A stretch of 29,693 nt of DNA from contig JAIORT010000600.1 of the NCBI GenBank assembly GCA_021107975.1, forward strand, positions 1-29,693, read 5' to 3'. How positions within the stretch are numbered: the first letter of the stretch is position 1; every line of letters begins with the position of its first letter. The notes under the pieces are model-generated. The model saw only the letters and a list, made by a program, of their open reading frames with translations, was not told where the DNA came from and ran no database searches. The position numbers and the translations under genes were made by a program. This document shows, one piece after another, positions 1 through 9,507 of this stretch. The stretch comes from Bacteroidales bacterium. GTDB lineage: Bacteria > Bacteroidota > Bacteroidia > Bacteroidales > JAADJA01.

Positions 1-147
1 ATATTAAATTATACTTAATTTTAAGCCCTGTGATGAGTTTTCACCATTTTGTAGTATCGCAACTCTTTTTTTAATTAATATTACAACAGAAGCACTTATT
101 TAATGCAGCCTTACATTGCTGTTATTCAACACATTAAACGAACTAAA

Positions 148-3100
148 ATGTTTAAAAAGCAAACAAATAAACATATCTACCTCATTTTCTTATCGTTAGC
201 TATATTTTTAGTTTTAATAGCTTTAGCATACACAAAAATCTACATCTCTCCAAAAAATCCGGAAAGATTAACTAAAGGTTTCCAAAGTGTTTTAATAAAA
301 AAAGAAAAACAGCTTGATAAAATCCTGAACAATATAGAAAGCGGTTTAAAGGAAAAATCTGCCGATTCACTTTTTATTTACGGGCAATATTCCGACATTT
401 TTTATAAACATGGTTTTTTAATCCTGATTTTTAAAAACGACACATTAAAATATTGGTCAGACAATTCGGTACCGGTTTATGAAAATTTTAACAATAATGA
501 ATTTCAGAAAAAGTTTAGTAAATTCTCAAACGGTTTGTATGAAGTACAGAAAATTGAAAAAGATAATTTTACAATAGTAGGGTTAATAAAAATTAAAAAT
601 GACTTTGCCTATGAAAATCAATATTTAATAAACGAATTTCAAAAAGATTTTAAATTATCCGGTGCCATTACTATTTCACTTCAAAAAGGTGAGTATAATA
701 TTTTTGATAAAGATGGTTTTTTCTTGTTTTCGCTGGAATTTCCGACTGAAATCGGTTTTGCAGATTATCACATAATAATTTTATTTTTAATTTATTTAGC
801 TGCTTTTATTTTTTTAATAGTTGCTATTTATAAAGCTTACAGGCATTTTCAGTATTTTACAAAAAAACGATTATTCCTTATATTAGGCTTTAGTTTTGAT
901 ATTCTTATCATCCGGTTTATCACTTTATATTTTGAAATACCACAAGTTCTTTATTCCTCCAAACTCTTTAGCCCTGATTTTTTTGCTAATTCATTTTTAT
1001 TTCCTTCACTGGGTGATTTATTAGTAAATTCTATTGCAATTCTTTCGATTGCGTTCGTAATTTATAAAAATATAAATATCGAAAGAGTGGTTTTAAAAAA
1101 ATCAAATACGATAAAATATTTAATCTCAACCGGCTTGATTTTTATTGTTTTTATTTTGTTTTTGAGCCTATCGGGTTTGCTCAAAAGCCTCGTGATTAAT
1201 TCAAACATTTCTTTTAACCTTAACGATATTACCGGTATTAACAGTTACAGTATTATTGCTTTTATCTGTTTTGCCCTGTTAATTTTATCCTTTGTATTTT
1301 TGACTTTCAGAATTTCCCAGGCGCTTACCAAAATATTCAATTCATGGAATGTTTTCTTCAGTGCAATTCTCCTTATCAGTATTATCTTTTTCCTTGTATG
1401 TCGGTTCATTCTTAAATGCGATGAAATAAATTTTATTTTCCTGATAATCTATATTACATCTTTTTGGTTTATTTTTAAGTCGAGCAGCATTAACATAAAA
1501 TTTTCTTCAACAATTTTTTATTTGCTACTCTTTTCGTTGTATTCAACTTATATTTTATATCAAAATAATAACAGCAGCGAAAAGGAAAGAAGAATTATAA
1601 TAGCACAGAAACTTGCAAAAGAAAGGGACCCTGTGGCAGAATATATGTTTAACAGTATATCAAATGAAATCGGGCAAGATACTGTTTTGAGTAACTATAT
1701 TAATAAATATCCATTTGATGAAGAAGCAGAACTTGAAGATATTACATCTTATTTTATTAACACATATTTTTCGAATTATTGGGAGAATTATGATTTTTTA
1801 ATAACGATTTGCGATTCCTCAAAGATACTGGATATTCAGCCCGATAATTACCTGGTAAATTGCTTTGATTATTTCGAGAACATCATAAACGAATATGGTA
1901 AACAAACAGAAAGCGAGAATTTATTTTACCTTGATTATGATTTGTCAACAGACAATTATCTCGCTATAATTGATTATAATCTGTCAGACACACCTGTTAA
2001 AATCGTAATAGAAATTTTTCCCAAATATATTCCTAAAGGATTAGGTTATCCGGAATTATTAATAGACGAGGATGCCAGAAAATCAGCAGATTGGTTGAAA
2101 TATTCCTGGGCTAAGTATGAAAACGGAGAATTGGTATATCATTTCGGGAAATATTTTTATTCAATGAATCTTTCTAATTATGGAAAATTTAAGGATAATA
2201 CCGTCTTTTTCAATCGCAATAAATTCAATCATCTCTTTTACCAGGTTGATGAAAATACAGTATTGATAATTAGCAAAAAGAAACCCGGGCTACTGGATAT
2301 TGCCGCACCATTTTCCTACATCTTTATATTTTACGGATTAATGCTTTTTTTAATTCTTTTAGTTTTAAGAAGTCCAATTGATATTCGGTTTTTTGACATC
2401 AGTTTTAAAAAAAGATTACAATTATCAGTAACTGCTTTAATAGTTGCCTCATTTCTCTTTATTGGTATCGGTTCGTTATTCTATATTACTTCCCTTAACA
2501 ATAATAAAAACCTTGATATACTCAGTGAAAAAGCACATTCGGTTCTAATAGAGCTGGAACATAAGCTGGCATCAGAAGAATCGCTCACGCCCGAAATCAA
2601 GGACTATTTATCTAATTTATTGCATAAATTTTCATTGGTTTTCTTTTCTGATATAAACCTGTACGATTTAGAAGGAACACTATTGGCAACTTCAAGACCA
2701 GAAATTTTTAACAAAGGGCTTATATCAACTAAAATGAATTCGGAGGCGTTTAATTATATGAGTAACTACAAAAAGTCACTGTATATTCATAATGAATCCA
2801 TTGGTGATTATAAGTACTCATCAGCGTATGTACCTTTCCGAAATGAACAAAATAAATTAATCGCTTATCTGAATCTTCCTTATTTTGCAAAGCAGGATGA
2901 ACTGACAAATGAAATTTCCACATTTCTTGTAGCATTTATAAATATTTATGTAATCCTTATAGCTATTGCCATTTTTGTTGCCCTAATAATAGCTAATTAT
3001 ATTACTAAACCTTTACAATTGATAAAAGATAAAATAAGCAGGTTAAAGCTCGGAAAAGCAAATGAAAAGATAGAATGGGAAAGGATGGATGAAATTGGCA

Positions 3101-3840
3101 GCTTAGTGATGGAATACAACAGAATGGTGGATGAATTGGCAAATAGCGCTGAATTATTGGCAAAATCGGAACGTGAGAGCGCGTGGAGGGAAATGGCAAA
3201 ACAAATAGCCCATGAAATAAAAAATCCGTTAACTCCAATGAAATTGAGCGTTCAGTATCTTCAAAAAGCTTATAATGAAAAGGCGCCCGACTGGGATAAA
3301 AGACTGAACAGATTCACTCAAACCATTATAGAACAAATAGACTCTCTTTCGATAATTGCAACGGAATTTTCCGATTTTGCAAAAATGCCTAAATCCAAAA
3401 TTGAGAAAACCGAACTGACTGAAATCATCAAAAACTGTATCGGTTTGTATAAAGACATAACTCAAATTCGCTTTGTATTTCATTATCACGAAAAACACTA
3501 TGTGCCGGCAGATAAAGAACAACTTTTAAGGGTATTCAATAACCTGATAAAAAATTCAATACAGGCAATCTCCAATCCTGAAAACGGGCTTATTGAAATC
3601 TCAATAGAGAAGAATGATAATTACCATATAATAAAATTCTCTGATAATGGTAAAGGCATTCCCAAGGAACAAAGAGAAAAAGTATTTTATCCCAATTTTA
3701 CAACAAAATCCGGCGGGATGGGACTTGGACTTGCAATGGTAAAAGATATTATTCAGAATACAGGCGGGGAAATAACTTTCGAATCGGAAATAGGTGAGGG
3801 GACAACTTTTGTTATTTCTTTGCCCGTTTTTAATGACTAA
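148..3840 (+). CDS. Large multi-TM sensor histidine kinase (HAMP-HisKA-HATPase_c, NtrY-like). The ORF track starts at 103; ATG at 148 is preferred.
   Basis: H-box EMAKQIAHEIKNPLTPMKL, N-box RVFNNLIKNSIQA, G1 FSDNGKGI, F box FYPNFTTK, G2 GMGLGL. HAMP-like region ITKPLQLI...DEIGSLVMEYNRMV. Many hydrophobic segments in the N-terminal ~970 aa. ATG148 has an A-rich context (taaacgaactaaaATG). Confidence 0.9.
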   Translation: MFKKQTNKHIYLIFLSLAIFLVLIALAYTKIYISPKNPERLTKGFQSVLIKKEKQLDKILNNIESGLKEKSADSLFIYGQYSDIFYKHGFLILIFKNDTLKYWSDNSVPVYENFNNNEFQKKFSKFSNGLYEVQKIEKDNFTIVGLIKIKNDFAYENQYLINEFQKDFKLSGAITISLQKGEYNIFDKDGFFLFSLEFPTEIGFADYHIIILFLIYLAAFIFLIVAIYKAYRHFQYFTKKRLFLILGFSFDILIIRFITLYFEIPQVLYSSKLFSPDFFANSFLFPSLGDLLVNSIAILSIAFVIYKNINIERVVLKKSNTIKYLISTGLIFIVFILFLSLSGLLKSLVINSNISFNLNDITGINSYSIIAFICFALLILSFVFLTFRISQALTKIFNSWNVFFSAILLISIIFFLVCRFILKCDEINFIFLIIYITSFWFIFKSSSINIKFSSTIFYLLLFSLYSTYILYQNNNSSEKERRIIIAQKLAKERDPVAEYMFNSISNEIGQDTVLSNYINKYPFDEEAELEDITSYFINTYFSNYWENYDFLITICDSSKILDIQPDNYLVNCFDYFENIINEYGKQTESENLFYLDYDLSTDNYLAIIDYNLSDTPVKIVIEIFPKYIPKGLGYPELLIDEDARKSADWLKYSWAKYENGELVYHFGKYFYSMNLSNYGKFKDNTVFFNRNKFNHLFYQVDENTVLIISKKKPGLLDIAAPFSYIFIFYGLMLFLILLVLRSPIDIRFFDISFKKRLQLSVTALIVASFLFIGIGSLFYITSLNNNKNLDILSEKAHSVLIELEHKLASEESLTPEIKDYLSNLLHKFSLVFFSDINLYDLEGTLLATSRPEIFNKGLISTKMNSEAFNYMSNYKKSLYIHNESIGDYKYSSAYVPFRNEQNKLIAYLNLPYFAKQDELTNEISTFLVAFINIYVILIAIAIFVALIIANYITKPLQLIKDKISRLKLGKANEKIEWERMDEIGSLVMEYNRMVDELANSAELLAKSERESAWREMAKQIAHEIKNPLTPMKLSVQYLQKAYNEKAPDWDKRLNRFTQTIIEQIDSLSIIATEFSDFAKMPKSKIEKTELTEIIKNCIGLYKDITQIRFVFHYHEKHYVPADKEQLLRVFNNLIKNSIQAISNPENGLIEISIEKNDNYHIIKFSDNGKGIPKEQREKVFYPNFTTKSGGMGLGLAMVKDIIQNTGGEITFESEIGEGTTFVISLPVFND

Positions 3841-3941
3841 AGTTGAAAATGCCTAAAATATTTAAAGCAAAAAAATAAAAAAATGTGTTGCAATTAAATA
3901 ACAATATTAAAGTTTAATATAAACGATTAAAATATATCTCA

Positions 3942-3949
3942 TACATTTG
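3942..3949 (+). promoter_or_regulatory. Bacteroidota sigma70 -7 element (TACATTTG) for pyrE
   Basis: Exact TAnnTTTG match 4 nt before ATG 3954. Confidence 0.7.
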
Positions 3950-3953
3950 CCAC

Positions 3954-4592
3954 ATGGTTTACAACAAAGAAACAGCAATAGCCATTTCGGAGTATCTATT
4001 ACAGGTAAAAGCAGTAAAATTAAGTGTGGAAAAGCCTTTTACATGGGCTTCGGGCATTAAATCACCGATTTATTGTGACAACAGGAAAACACTTTCGTTC
4101 CCCAAAATTCGTACGTTCATACGTCAGCAGTTTGTAGATATTATCAGCGAAGAATACGGCTCAGTCGATCTGATTGCAGGCGTTGCTACTGGAGCTATAG
4201 CTCATGGTGTGCTGGTTGCCGAGGGGCTTGGATTGCCATTTATATATGTCAGACCTTCGGAAAAAAAGCATGGTTTGGAAAATAAAATCGAAGGTCATTA
4301 TGAATCGGGTCAATCGGTAGTAGTAGTTGAAGACCTCGTTTCAACAGGTAATAGCAGCCTGAATGTTGTAGAAACTCTCAGGAAAGCAGGTTGTAATGTG
4401 AAAGGAATGGTGGCTATTTTTAGTTATAACCTGGAAAAAGCACAAGCTAATTTCAAAAAAGCCAAATGCCGGCTTTTCACCCTCACCGATTATGATGAGC
4501 TTATTAAACAGGCTGTTGAAAGTAATTATGTTTCGGAAAAGGACTTGCAATCACTAATTAAATGGCGTGAAAATCCTGAAAAGTGGAGGTAA
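3954..4592 (+). CDS. pyrE: Orotate phosphoribosyltransferase
   Basis: FTWASGIKSPIYCDNR, AGVATGAIAHG, PRPP-binding loop VVVVEDLVSTGNS. Confidence 0.96.
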   Translation: MVYNKETAIAISEYLLQVKAVKLSVEKPFTWASGIKSPIYCDNRKTLSFPKIRTFIRQQFVDIISEEYGSVDLIAGVATGAIAHGVLVAEGLGLPFIYVRPSEKKHGLENKIEGHYESGQSVVVVEDLVSTGNSSLNVVETLRKAGCNVKGMVAIFSYNLEKAQANFKKAKCRLFTLTDYDELIKQAVESNYVSEKDLQSLIKWRENPEKWR

Positions 4593-4597
4593 AGATA

Positions 4598-4639
4598 AAA
4601 TTCCAAAAACCAAAAACCAAAAATCAAGAGCAAAGAACA
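4598..4639 (+). repeat. Degenerate 7-bp-period tandem repeat (6 units)
   Basis: aaattcc aaaaacc aaaaacc aaaaatc aagagca aagaaca, just after the pyrE stop. Confidence 0.65.
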
Positions 4640-4652
4640 TAAAGTAATATAT

Positions 4653-4690
4653 ATTCGTGTTAATTAGTGCAATTAGTGTCAATAATTAGT
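4653..4690 (+). repeat. 9/10-bp-period ATT(C/A)GTG repeat
   Basis: attcgtgtta attagtgca attagtgtca ata attagt. Confidence 0.6.
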
Positions 4691-4704
4691 AATCAATAAT
4701 TAAA

Positions 4705-5106
4705 ATGACCGAAATAAAAAGCAATAAGGTTTCAATAAATAATACCGGTAAAAATATTTTTTCATTCCTTAGCGATTTCAATAACTTTGAAAAGCTGATG
4801 CCTGAGCAGGTTGTTAACTGGAAGTCAACAGCCGACACCTGTTCTTTTACGATTAAGGGTATGGCTGACCTTGCTATGCGTGTAAAATCCAAAAGCGAAT
4901 TTTTTGAGATCAATTATGTTTCGGATGGTAAGGCACCTTTTGGTTTTACTTTGCATTGCTTCCTTGCAGAAAACGGCAATCAGACGAACGTGCAAATAAT
5001 TCTTAATGCCGATTTAAGCACGATGTTAAAACTCATGGCAGTCAGACCGCTGCAGAATTTTATCAATTTATTGGTTGACAAACTAAAAGAGATAATGGAA
5101 GAGTAG
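4705..5106 (+). CDS. SRPBCC/START-like small protein
   Basis: 133 aa; IFSFLSDFNNFEKLMP N-terminal pattern, beta-rich middle, C-terminal helix (PLQNFINLLVDKL). Confidence 0.65.
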   Translation: MTEIKSNKVSINNTGKNIFSFLSDFNNFEKLMPEQVVNWKSTADTCSFTIKGMADLAMRVKSKSEFFEINYVSDGKAPFGFTLHCFLAENGNQTNVQIILNADLSTMLKLMAVRPLQNFINLLVDKLKEIMEE

Positions 5107-5117
5107 AAAGTTAAATA

Positions 5118-5870
5118 TCAAATCACAAATTCAATTTCTTTTAAATCGCACTCAATATTTTGGTTATTCTTTGTTATAAGTTGAAGTTTTCCATATTCCG
5201 ATACGCCGGTTATCCGGGCATAAATATTATTATTTCCAAACCTGTAACGATGTATTTCGTTCAATCTGAATAATACTGAAAGGTAATCCGAATTAAGGAC
5301 TGAATAGTTATGCATTTCCAATTGCTGATACCTTTTGTTAAAAAAACTGCATAATGAATTTAAACATTCTTTTAAATCCAGATTATGTTTTAAATAATTC
5401 CTTAAAGAAACCGGGTTGGGAGCATTGCTTGCAAACCGGGTTTGATTGATATTGATCCCGGCACCAACGATGGAATATACGAATTGATTTCCGCTGATTG
5501 TATTATTAATGAGAATACCGGCTACTTTGCCGTTATTAATATAAATATCGTTAGGCCATTTTATACTGACTTTTTGTTTTTTAACCACCGACTTTACAAA
5601 ATCATATATTCCAAGAGCAATGGTTTTATTTAGCATAAATTGCCTTTCTGCTTTAAGAAATTCAGGCTTTATAAAAACCGAAAATGTAAGGTTTTTGCCG
5701 GTTTCACTCTCCCAGGTATTAGCATCCAATCCTTTACCCTTTGTTTGTTTATCTGCAATTATTATTGTACCTTCCTGTATTATCGTACCTCTCCTGATTT
5801 CATCAGACATATAATCATTCGTTGAATCAACCGTAGCAAGCCTTATTATTTTTTTCCCGATAATGTTCAT
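5118..5870 (-). CDS. birA: Biotin-[acetyl-CoA-carboxylase] ligase, group I (no N-terminal HTH)
   Basis: VDSTND, QTKGKG...W, SIKWPNDIY, KVAGILI, C-terminal GVSEYGKL. Confidence 0.93.
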   Translation of the reverse strand: MNIIGKKIIRLATVDSTNDYMSDEIRRGTIIQEGTIIIADKQTKGKGLDANTWESETGKNLTFSVFIKPEFLKAERQFMLNKTIALGIYDFVKSVVKKQKVSIKWPNDIYINNGKVAGILINNTISGNQFVYSIVGAGININQTRFASNAPNPVSLRNYLKHNLDLKECLNSLCSFFNKRYQQLEMHNYSVLNSDYLSVLFRLNEIHRYRFGNNNIYARITGVSEYGKLQLITKNNQNIECDLKEIEFVI

Positions 5871-5989
5871 GGCGAATACCTGAAGTTATAAGTGCCTAAA
5901 ATTATATAGAAAATACAAAATAAATCATTTAATTTTTTGTTTACCAGATAAACATGAGCTAAAAGCCTTTTTAATTATCGGAAAATGAT

Positions 5990-5997
5990 TAATTTTG
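5990..5997 (+). promoter_or_regulatory. -7 promoter element (TAATTTTG) for the rsfS-ftsH operon
   Basis: Exact TAnnTTTG match 22 nt before ATG 6020. Confidence 0.65.
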
Positions 5998-6019
5998 CAT
6001 AGAATTTTAAACTTTATAT

Positions 6020-6394
6020 ATGCCGGGAAAACAAAAGCAAACCGAATCGGAAATATTAGCAGACATTATTATTAAAGGAATTCTTGAAAAAAAAGGAAAG
6101 GATATAATCAGTTTGAATTTAACGAAGCTTCCAAATGCAGTATGTAATTATTTTATTTTATGTCATGGAAATACAAAAATACATGTGGAAGCAATAGCCG
6201 AGTCGGTTGAGAATGAAGTTATCAAGGGTGTTAGAGCTAAACCCTGGCATAAGGAAGGTTTTGAAAATGCGGAATGGATTTTGATTGACTACGTTGACGT
6301 TGTTGTTCATATATTCCAGGAACACACGAGGATGTTTTATAATCTTGAAAAATTATGGGCTGACGCAGAAATTAAAAAATACGACAGTAACTAA
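6020..6394 (+). CDS. rsfS: Ribosome silencing factor
   Basis: KKGKDIISLNL, YFILCHG, WILIDYVDVVVHIF, FYNLEKLW. Confidence 0.95.
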   Translation: MPGKQKQTESEILADIIIKGILEKKGKDIISLNLTKLPNAVCNYFILCHGNTKIHVEAIAESVENEVIKGVRAKPWHKEGFENAEWILIDYVDVVVHIFQEHTRMFYNLEKLWADAEIKKYDSN

Positions 6395-6413
6395 TTATGA
6401 AGTTTGTATCCCC

Positions 6414-6453
6414 TCCCGTCCCGAAATTTCAGGATTCGTAATTCGGGACAGGA
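6414..6453. repeat. GC-rich intergenic inverted repeat (REP-like hairpin)
   Basis: tcc-c-gtcccgaa (6414-6425) / ttcgggac-a-gga (6442-6453): 12-bp stem with one mismatch, 16-nt loop. Confidence 0.7.
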
Positions 6454-6472
6454 TTGCTAAAACAAGGACATA

Positions 6473-8608
6473 ATGGCAGCAGAAAAACAAAAAGAACAAG
6501 ATAAGCAAGAAAATCAACAGAAAAGCAAGACACCGGTAGGTTTTCCTAAAGGAAAAACTCCTAATAAAAAGTTTAGTTTCTATTGGATTTATGGTATCAT
6601 AGCGCTGGTATTCCTGACATATACATATACCGGCTGGAATGCTAATCAAGTTAAAGAAATCGACTGGGGCGAACTCAAGCAAATGCTTTCAAGTCAGGAT
6701 GTGGAGAAAATAATTGTCGTAAACAGGGAAAATGCTGAAATTTTTATTAAACAAGACAGATTACACGATTCTAAATATCAACAAGAAAAAGAAAAAAGTA
6801 TAAGCGGCACGGGACCTCATTACACTTATAACATAGGTTCTTATGATACTTTTAAGGAAGACGTTGAACGAGCGCAGGAAGGAATAGAAAATCCCATTTA
6901 CATAAGAAATGAAAAGAGGCATAATTGGTCAGGAGAAATTTTAAGCTGGATTTTACCTTTGTTAATTTTAGTTGTAGTATGGATTGTTATTATGCGAATG
7001 ATGAGCCGGGGAGGAATGGGTGGCGGCCATATTTTTAATATTGGTAAATCAAAAGCACAGCTCTATGATAAAGAGACTTCTGTAAGTATAGATTTTGAAG
7101 ATGTTGCAGGTTTGGAAGAAGCCAAGGTTGAAGTTATGGAGATAGTAGATTTCCTGAAGAAACCTGAAAAATATACAAACTTAGGTGGAAAAATTCCAAA
7201 AGGTGCGTTACTGGTCGGTCCTCCGGGTACAGGTAAAACATTACTTGCAAAAGCTGTTGCCGGTGAAGCACAGGTTCCGTTTTTCTCAATTTCCGGTTCC
7301 GATTTTGTTGAAATGTTTGTTGGAGTCGGCGCATCAAGGGTTCGCGATTTGTTCAAACAGGCAAAAGAAAAAGCACCGTGTATCATTTTTATTGATGAGA
7401 TTGATGCCATTGGCAGGGCAAGAGGTAAAAACCCGATGACAGGCGCTAATGATGAAAGAGAAAATACATTAAACCAGTTGCTTACAGAAATGGATGGTTT
7501 CCAAAGTAATACAGGTGTTATCATCCTTGCCGCCACCAACCGTGCCGATATTCTCGACAGGGCGCTGTTGAGAGCCGGACGATTCGATAGGCAAATTCAC
7601 GTTGAACTGCCTGACCTCGAAGAAAGAAAAGCTATATTTAATGTACATTCGAAGCCGCTTAAACTTGATAAATCGGTTGACATGGTATTTCTTGCCAAAC
7701 AAACTCCGGGATTCTCAGGTGCGGATATTGCTAATGTTTGTAATGAATCGGCTTTGATTGCAGCCCGTAAGGATAAAAAGAAAATTGACAAGCAAGACTT
7801 TATGGATGCAATTGACAGGATCATCGGTGGGCTTGAGAAAAAAAACAAGATCATTTCTGCTTCCGAAAAAAAAGTAATTGCATACCATGAATCAGGACAT
7901 GCAGCAGTTAGTTGGCTGACCGAACATGCCAATCCACTTGTTAAGGTTACTATTGTACCAAGAGGAAAATCACTTGGCGCTGCATGGTATTTACCCGAAG
8001 AAAGGCAAATTACGACTTATGATCAGATGTTCGATGAATTATCTGCTGCTTTGGGAGGCAGGGCTTCGGAAGAAATTAATTTCGGAAAAATATCTACCGG
8101 CGCCTTAAACGACCTTGAAAAGGTAACCAAAATGGCATATAACATGGTAGTTTATTTTGGATTGAATGATAAAATTGGAAATGTTTCTTTTTATGATTCA
8201 ACCGGTCAGCAGGAATTTTCGTTTCATAAGCCTTATAGCGAAAAAACCGCCCAGATGATTGATGAGGAAGTAAGCAAGATAGTTGAAAAGGCATATCAAA
8301 GAGCGCTTAAAATTATAAGTGCAAATAAAGATAAGGTTGTAAGCCTGGCTAAATTATTACTCGAAAAGGAAGTCATTTTCGGCGAGGACCTTAAAGCTAT
8401 TTTTGGACCACGTCCCTTTGAAGAAGAAAGGAAAAGGTTTGAAGAAGCTGCCGAAGAAGAAGTAAAACAGCTTAAAGCCAATAATAATAAGATAAAGAAA
8501 AACAGAAAGGCTTTGCCGGTAAAAAAAACAGGAAAGAGCGCAGCCCGTATAGAAGATAAAAAGACTGAGAAAGTCCAAAAGAAACAACCCGAACCTCAGG
8601 AAAAATAA
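6473..8608 (+). CDS. ftsH: ATP-dependent zinc metalloprotease FtsH
   Basis: Two TM segments, Walker A GPPGTGKT, Walker [27 protein letters not shown] zinc motif. Confidence 0.98.
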   Translation: MAAEKQKEQDKQENQQKSKTPVGFPKGKTPNKKFSFYWIYGIIALVFLTYTYTGWNANQVKEIDWGELKQMLSSQDVEKIIVVNRENAEIFIKQDRLHDSKYQQEKEKSISGTGPHYTYNIGSYDTFKEDVERAQEGIENPIYIRNEKRHNWSGEILSWILPLLILVVVWIVIMRMMSRGGMGGGHIFNIGKSKAQLYDKETSVSIDFEDVAGLEEAKVEVMEIVDFLKKPEKYTNLGGKIPKGALLVGPPGTGKTLLAKAVAGEAQVPFFSISGSDFVEMFVGVGASRVRDLFKQAKEKAPCIIFIDEIDAIGRARGKNPMTGANDERENTLNQLLTEMDGFQSNTGVIILAATNRADILDRALLRAGRFDRQIHVELPDLEERKAIFNVHSKPLKLDKSVDMVFLAKQTPGFSGADIANVCNESALIAARKDKKKIDKQDFMDAIDRIIGGLEKKNKIISASEKKVIAYHESGHAAVSWLTEHANPLVKVTIVPRGKSLGAAWYLPEERQITTYDQMFDELSAALGGRASEEINFGKISTGALNDLEKVTKMAYNMVVYFGLNDKIGNVSFYDSTGQQEFSFHKPYSEKTAQMIDEEVSKIVEKAYQRALKIISANKDKVVSLAKLLLEKEVIFGEDLKAIFGPRPFEEERKRFEEAAEEEVKQLKANNNKIKKNRKALPVKKTGKSAARIEDKKTEKVQKKQPEPQEK

Positions 8609-8634
8609 TTTAAGTATTTTAGTTATTAATTTAC

Positions 8635-9276
8635 ATGGAAGAAACGACCTCGAGAGAAAAAATTTTAAAAAAAATCAGGAATGCCCTGATTAATAAAACC
8701 GAAAATCCTTATCCTTCTGTTGATATCGAGTCCTCAGTTTACCATGAATTTGAAGATACCTTAGATATTACATTTGCCCATGAATTTACTAAAGTTGAAG
8801 GTAAATTTATTTATTGCGAAAATGAAAAAGAATTATACGATAATCTGATATCCTTAATCGCAGAAAAAAACTGGGAAAATATTTTTTGCCTTGAACCGGG
8901 AATTAAAAAAACGCTTGATAATGCAGGAATACCATTTAAAAGTGAAAAAGCGGATTTTACTAAAATGAAAGCCGGTATCACTTATTGCGAATATCTTATT
9001 GCCCGCCTGGGAAGTATAATGATAACTTCAAGACAGACTTCGGGCAGAAGATTGAATGTTTTTCCGGAAAATCATATTGTTATAGCTTATACCTCGCAGA
9101 TTGTCCCCGATTTGAAAGATGCACTAAAAAATATTAAAGAAAAATATATAAATAATATGCCTTCGCTTATTTCGGTTATTACCGGACCAAGCAGAACGGC
9201 AGATATTGAAAAAACACTTGTTATGGGAGCTCATGGCCCAAAAGAACTTTATTTGTTTTTAATTGATGAAGAATAA
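8635..9276 (+). CDS. LUD-domain (LutC/YkgG-like) protein
   Basis: ITGPSRTADIEKTLVMGAHGP; LNVFPENHIVI. Confidence 0.85.
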   Translation: MEETTSREKILKKIRNALINKTENPYPSVDIESSVYHEFEDTLDITFAHEFTKVEGKFIYCENEKELYDNLISLIAEKNWENIFCLEPGIKKTLDNAGIPFKSEKADFTKMKAGITYCEYLIARLGSIMITSRQTSGRRLNVFPENHIVIAYTSQIVPDLKDALKNIKEKYINNMPSLISVITGPSRTADIEKTLVMGAHGPKELYLFLIDEE

Positions 9277-9287
9277 AATATTTTGTT

Positions 9288-9491
9288 ATGGAAGAAAATT
9301 TAAGAGAAATTTTTTCGGCAAGTAAAATGTATAAAATTGGCATTATACAGGAATTGCTAACTGAAAATAATATTGAAAGTTATGTGCTGAATCAGAAAGG
9401 TTCGGCATTTCTCATTGGAGATATTCATCTTTATGTTGATGAAAAAGATGAAGCAAAAGCTCTTGCTATAATAAAAAAGCATGAAATGTAG
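9288..9491 (+). CDS. DUF2007 (putative signal-transducing) small protein, copy 1
   Basis: 67 aa; IIQELLTENNIES...G.I.LYV...D..KA..II pattern. Confidence 0.7.
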   Translation: MEENLREIFSASKMYKIGIIQELLTENNIESYVLNQKGSAFLIGDIHLYVDEKDEAKALAIIKKHEM

Positions 9492-9507
9492 ATTATGTAA
9501 CAATATT

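Noticed and set aside
3850-3866. Antisense promoter-like sequence (TATTTTAG) pointing into the kinase gene
   Set aside because: Not a consensus TAnnTTTG, and such near-matches are frequent in AT-rich DNA
5113-5133. aaatatc aaatcac aaattca apparent 7-bp periodicity
   Set aside because: Largely within the last birA codons and explained by the protein sequence (EFVI*)
8480-8608. Lys/Glu-rich FtsH C-terminal tail as an extra domain
   Set aside because: Low-complexity charged tails are common and variable in FtsH
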